From Elusimicrobiota bacterium (GTDB lineage: Bacteria; Elusimicrobiota; Elusimicrobia; Elusimicrobiales; UBA9959): 20,822 bases of DNA. The stretch lies in assembly GCA_027340875.1 (NCBI GenBank), contig DAIENX010000082.1:1-20822 (forward strand), in the 5' to 3' direction. Positions 17,408-20,822 of the stretch are shown piece by piece. Under the pieces are notes generated by a model that was not told the origin of the DNA, ran no database searches, and saw nothing but the letters and a program-made list of their open reading frames with translations. Made by a program: the position numbers and the translations under genes. Each line of letters starts with the position of its first letter. Position 1 is the stretch's first letter.

Positions 17408-17538
17408 AGTATATAGTCTAACAGAGCGTCTTTAAAATTCAATGACTAATATGTTACGAAAAACAGGTCCGTTTGCGCGGAACGCGATTTCTATTATATT
17501 ATAACTTTAAATCCAAACTCGACCTTCCGGAGTCAAGA

Positions 17539-18645
17539 ATGCGGTTCCTGGGAAAGACAGCGGGACGGGCGGCGGCCACAAAGGCGGCCTGCGTTGCCGC
17601 CGTCATCCTGGCTTTCTCCCCGCTCCAGTCCCCGGCGGAGGACTTGCCTCTCTTTTCCGTGTCCAGCGGCGCTCCGCTTCTCTCTCTTCTCCCCTCCACC
17701 GGGGCCGTGGTGGCCCAGGGAGGGAATTTCTCGGTCCAGCTGCCGGACGGGCGCTCGCTCTGGGTACTGAACAATGTCTGGACCGGGGAGATCAAGGAGG
17801 GCGGCGAGCCCAAGGCCTGGGGTCTGGTGGACGGCGCCGCCGCCTTCGTTCCCAGCACCTCCGCTGCCGCGCAGGCCGGCAACCTCTCCTGGATCTCCGA
17901 CGAGAACGGCTGGCCGCTGCCGCTGCTCTCCGCGGGGATGGAGGAGTCGGGGCAGGTGCGCAAGTTCTGGCCGCGCTCGGCGGTCTGCGGTACGGCCGGC
18001 TGCGCCGTGTTCTACTCCATCATGAACAATTTCGGTCCCGAGCCGTACGACTGCTTTCGCGTAGGACAGGGCGTGGCGGTTTCCGCGGACCCGGCCGGGC
18101 CGTACGTGAAGTCGCGCGAAAGCGGGCGCTACAGCCTCTGGAACGACATAGAGCCGGCGTTCGGCTCCGCGGTGCTGGCCGACGAGGACGGCTGGGTCTA
18201 CGTCTATGGCCGCGTGCTTTCCGCCCCGGGCGAATATTCGGTGCAGCTCGCCCGCGCGCGCCCCGGTGACCTTGCCTCCAGGGCGGCCTATTCCTACTAC
18301 TCTCTCGAAGCCGACACGTCCGCCTGGACCTCTGACCTCGCCGAGGCCTCGGATATCATGAAGGACATGTCCGACGAGTTCTCCGTCTCGTACAACGATT
18401 TCCTTAAAGCCTATCTGGCGGTATATTCCTCTGCGCAGGATGGCGGGGCGATGGCGCGGCTGGCGCGCTATCCGTGGGGCCCATGGGGTGAGCCCTTCCG
18501 CCTGTTCTCCTGCGCGGCCGGGGACTACTGCTACGGCGCCAAGGAACAGCCGGGCCTGGCTGAAGAAGGGGGGAAACGGATCTACCTTACGGCCGAGAAA
18601 AGGCACTCGCCGTACGTATACCGGGTAGATCTAAAACAGAGGTGA
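17539..18645 (+). CDS. Exported DUF4185-like beta-propeller protein
   Basis: ATG 17539 with GGAG upstream; signal peptide; SVQLPDGRSLW, DGWVYVYG, LARARP, EFSVSYN..L..YL.VY, PWGPW, YGAKEQP match the DUF4185/DUF5005 pattern. Confidence 0.65.
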   Translation: MRFLGKTAGRAAATKAACVAAVILAFSPLQSPAEDLPLFSVSSGAPLLSLLPSTGAVVAQGGNFSVQLPDGRSLWVLNNVWTGEIKEGGEPKAWGLVDGAAAFVPSTSAAAQAGNLSWISDENGWPLPLLSAGMEESGQVRKFWPRSAVCGTAGCAVFYSIMNNFGPEPYDCFRVGQGVAVSADPAGPYVKSRESGRYSLWNDIEPAFGSAVLADEDGWVYVYGRVLSAPGEYSVQLARARPGDLASRAAYSYYSLEADTSAWTSDLAEASDIMKDMSDEFSVSYNDFLKAYLAVYSSAQDGGAMARLARYPWGPWGEPFRLFSCAAGDYCYGAKEQPGLAEEGGKRIYLTAEKRHSPYVYRVDLKQR

Positions 18646-18649
18646 GGGA

Positions 18650-19792
18650 ATGGAGGAATACAGCATAGTAGTGATCAACCCGGGCTCCACGTCCGACGAG
18701 GTCAGTTTCTTCAAGGGAGCCAGGGAGCTTTTCCATAAGACCGTGCGCTACAGCAGGTCGGACCTGCAGCCGTTCGAGACGCGGAAGGTCTCGGCGCAGT
18801 ACGAGATGCGGCGCGATATGGCGCTGGCGGCGCTCAAAGAACATGGCCTGGACACGGCCGAGGTGCATGCGGTCATAGGCCGGGGCGGGCTGCTCAGGCC
18901 TATCCCCGGCGGCGTCTACGAGGTGAACGACGCCATGACGGAGGACCTGAAGGCCGGGGAGAGGGGCGACCACCCTTCCAACCTGGGCGGCCTGATAGCG
19001 CGAGAGCTGGCGGGCAGGTTCGGCTGCAAGGCCTTCATCGCCGACCCGGTGGTGGTGGACGAGCTGGAGCCGCTGGCCCGCTACTCCGGGATGCCGGAGA
19101 ACCCGCGCCTGTCCCTGCTGCACGCGCTGAACCAGAAGCGCATAGGCCGCCATGCGGCCAGGCAGCTGGGCAAGCAGTACTGGGAGTGCCGCCTCATCAT
19201 AATGCACGGCGGCGGCGGCATCTCCATCGGAGCCCACAAGGACGGGCGCATCGTGGACGTCAACAACGCGCTGGACGGAGACGGTCCGTTCACGCCGCAG
19301 CGCGCCGGAGGCGTGCCGGCGGGCGGGCTGGTGAAGATGTGCTTCAGCGGCAAGTACACGCAGGAGGAGATCAAACTGAAGCTCAAGGGCCGTGGCGGTC
19401 TGATAGCCTACACCGGTACCGCCGACTGCCAGGCGCTGGAGAAGTACATCCTTACGGGAGAGGTGGTGCCGGGATCGGGAATTGACCCGGAAAAGCTCTC
19501 CCGCGAGAAGGCTAAGGAGGCCGTGCTCGCCATGGCCTACCAGATAGCCAAGGAGATAGGGGCCATGGCCGCCGTGCTGGAAGGCAAGGTGGACGCGATA
19601 GCGCTAACCGGCGGGCTGGCCTACGACAAGATCATCGTGCCGGAGATAAAGCGCAGGGTAGGGTGGATAGCGCAGGTCCTTTCGTATCCCGGCGGCGACG
19701 AAATGGCGGCCCTGAGGGCCGCGGCGGAGATCGCGCTGAGAACGCCTGCCTCCGTGAAAAAATACGAGGCTTCCGGCATACCGGTGGCCTGA
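18650..19792 (+). CDS. buk: Butyrate (branched-chain acid) kinase
   Basis: INPGSTS, GRGGLLRPIPGGVY, HPSNLGG, DPVVVDE, HALNQK, HGGGGISIGAH, DVNNALDGDGPFTPQRAG, LTGGLAY, YPGGDEM. Confidence 0.95.
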   Translation: MEEYSIVVINPGSTSDEVSFFKGARELFHKTVRYSRSDLQPFETRKVSAQYEMRRDMALAALKEHGLDTAEVHAVIGRGGLLRPIPGGVYEVNDAMTEDLKAGERGDHPSNLGGLIARELAGRFGCKAFIADPVVVDELEPLARYSGMPENPRLSLLHALNQKRIGRHAARQLGKQYWECRLIIMHGGGGISIGAHKDGRIVDVNNALDGDGPFTPQRAGGVPAGGLVKMCFSGKYTQEEIKLKLKGRGGLIAYTGTADCQALEKYILTGEVVPGSGIDPEKLSREKAKEAVLAMAYQIAKEIGAMAAVLEGKVDAIALTGGLAYDKIIVPEIKRRVGWIAQVLSYPGGDEMAALRAAAEIALRTPASVKKYEASGIPVA

Positions 19793-19806
19793 CCGAGGGA
19801 GAGAGC

Positions 19807-20736
19807 ATGAAATTCAAGAACTTCGACGAACTTTTGGGACTGGTGCGGGGCAAGACGAACCGCATCGTGGTGCCGGGCGCCAACAATGACGAGGTCCTCA
19901 CCGCCTGCAAGATGGGCGTGGACCACGGCATCATCTCCGGCGGCATACTGATAGGGCCGAGGGCGCAGGTGGAGGAAATGGCGAAGAGGGTGGGGCTCAA
20001 GCTAGCCATCTTCGAGATCATGGACCTGACGGACTACGCCGAGATCTGCAATAAGGCCGTTGACCTGGTGAAGGCCGGCAAGGGAGACTTCCTCGTGAAG
20101 GGCCTGGTGGACACCAAGTTCTACATGAAGGCGATACTCCGCAAGGAGATAGGGGCCGTGGCGGACGGCACGGTGCTGAGCCACTTCGTGCTGTTCGAGC
20201 TGTCCAATTACCACAAGCTCTTCGCGGTGACCGACGCGGCCATCATGATAACGCCGAACGTCGACCAGAAGGAGATGATCCTGAACAACGCGGTGGACAT
20301 GATGCGCCAGCTGGGCGTGGAAAAGCCCAACGTCGCCGTGGTCTGCCCGGTCGAGAAGGTCAACGAGAAGATCCCCAGCACGCTGGACGCCGCCGAGCTG
20401 GTGAAGCGCAACAAGGAGGGGAAGATAAAGAACTGCACGGTCGAGGGACCTTACGACGTCTATATCTCCTTCTCGAAGGAGCTGGCGGCCGAGAAGGGCA
20501 TAAAGAACGCGCGGGTGCCGGGCGAGACCGACATAGCGCTGTTCCCCAGCCTGGATTCCGGCAACCCGGTATATAAGTGCCTGAGCTTCTTCGGCGCAGG
20601 CATGAAGTCGGCCACGCTGCTGGCCGGCTCCAATATACCGGTGATCCTGCCCTCGCGCACCGATTCGCCGATGACCAAGCTGCATTCGATCGCGCTCGCC
20701 TGCTTCCTCAAGGACCAGGCGAAGGTCGCGGCCTGA
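19807..20736 (+). CDS. ptb: Phosphate butyryltransferase / phosphate acyltransferase
   Basis: ATG 19807 after purine-rich RBS; LVKGLVDT, LSH, TDAA, EKVNEKIPSTLDA, VEGP, GNPVYK, VILPSRTDS; directly follows buk. Confidence 0.88.
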   Translation: MKFKNFDELLGLVRGKTNRIVVPGANNDEVLTACKMGVDHGIISGGILIGPRAQVEEMAKRVGLKLAIFEIMDLTDYAEICNKAVDLVKAGKGDFLVKGLVDTKFYMKAILRKEIGAVADGTVLSHFVLFELSNYHKLFAVTDAAIMITPNVDQKEMILNNAVDMMRQLGVEKPNVAVVCPVEKVNEKIPSTLDAAELVKRNKEGKIKNCTVEGPYDVYISFSKELAAEKGIKNARVPGETDIALFPSLDSGNPVYKCLSFFGAGMKSATLLAGSNIPVILPSRTDSPMTKLHSIALACFLKDQAKVAA

Positions 20737-20753
20737 CGAACAAGGAGACTGCT

Positions 20754-20822
20754 ATGGCCTGGAACTTCCTGAAGAAGCTGATAAAGAAAGAGGAGCAGGG
20801 TAAGCCCCACGCGCACGCCGCC
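20754..20822 (+). CDS. 5' fragment of next operon gene (truncated)
   Basis: AAGGAG RBS, then ATG 20754: MAWNFLKKLIKKEEQGKPHAHAA, open to the window end. Confidence 0.65.
   Translation, partial: MAWNFLKKLIKKEEQGKPHAHAA

Noticed and set aside
19663..19806. Extended ORF-track starts (19663, also 3305, 8650, 8662, 11477, 17473)
   Set aside because: Downstream ATGs have better RBS, promoter or overlap context and match the family N-termini.
18650..20736. Functional link between buk-ptb and the Lux-like operon
   Set aside because: Over 12 kb apart in separate transcription units; the shared acyl theme alone is not evidence.

Overview
GC-rich bacterial window with about 15 genes. Taxonomy is inferred only: the PorV-like gene beside a T9SS-CTD-like FN3 protein and the heavy ATA-Ile usage resemble Elusimicrobiota. 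Left to right: an edge-truncated lipoprotein (-); a terminator-bounded operon encoding a GNAT protein, a LuxE-like acyl-protein synthetase and a LuxC-like reductase fused to a PaaK-like adenylating domain, with no luxAB or luxD; a DUF4105 plus DUF481 barrel pair (-); an orphan secreted protein (-); an M29 aminopeptidase; an APC permease divergent from an NTT/TLC-like MFS carrier; a 1210-aa FN3-repeat protein with a T9SS-type C-terminal domain and its adjacent PorV-like barrel (-); and a DUF4185-like, buk, ptb operon running off the right edge. The best candidate new systems are (1) the luciferase-less Lux-type acyl-reduction operon and (2) the cargo-PorV pair, whose cargo has a GPS-like HLS motif just before the sorting domain. 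No RNA genes, CRISPR arrays or mobile elements were recognised. All family calls come from motif recognition by eye, not from database searches.
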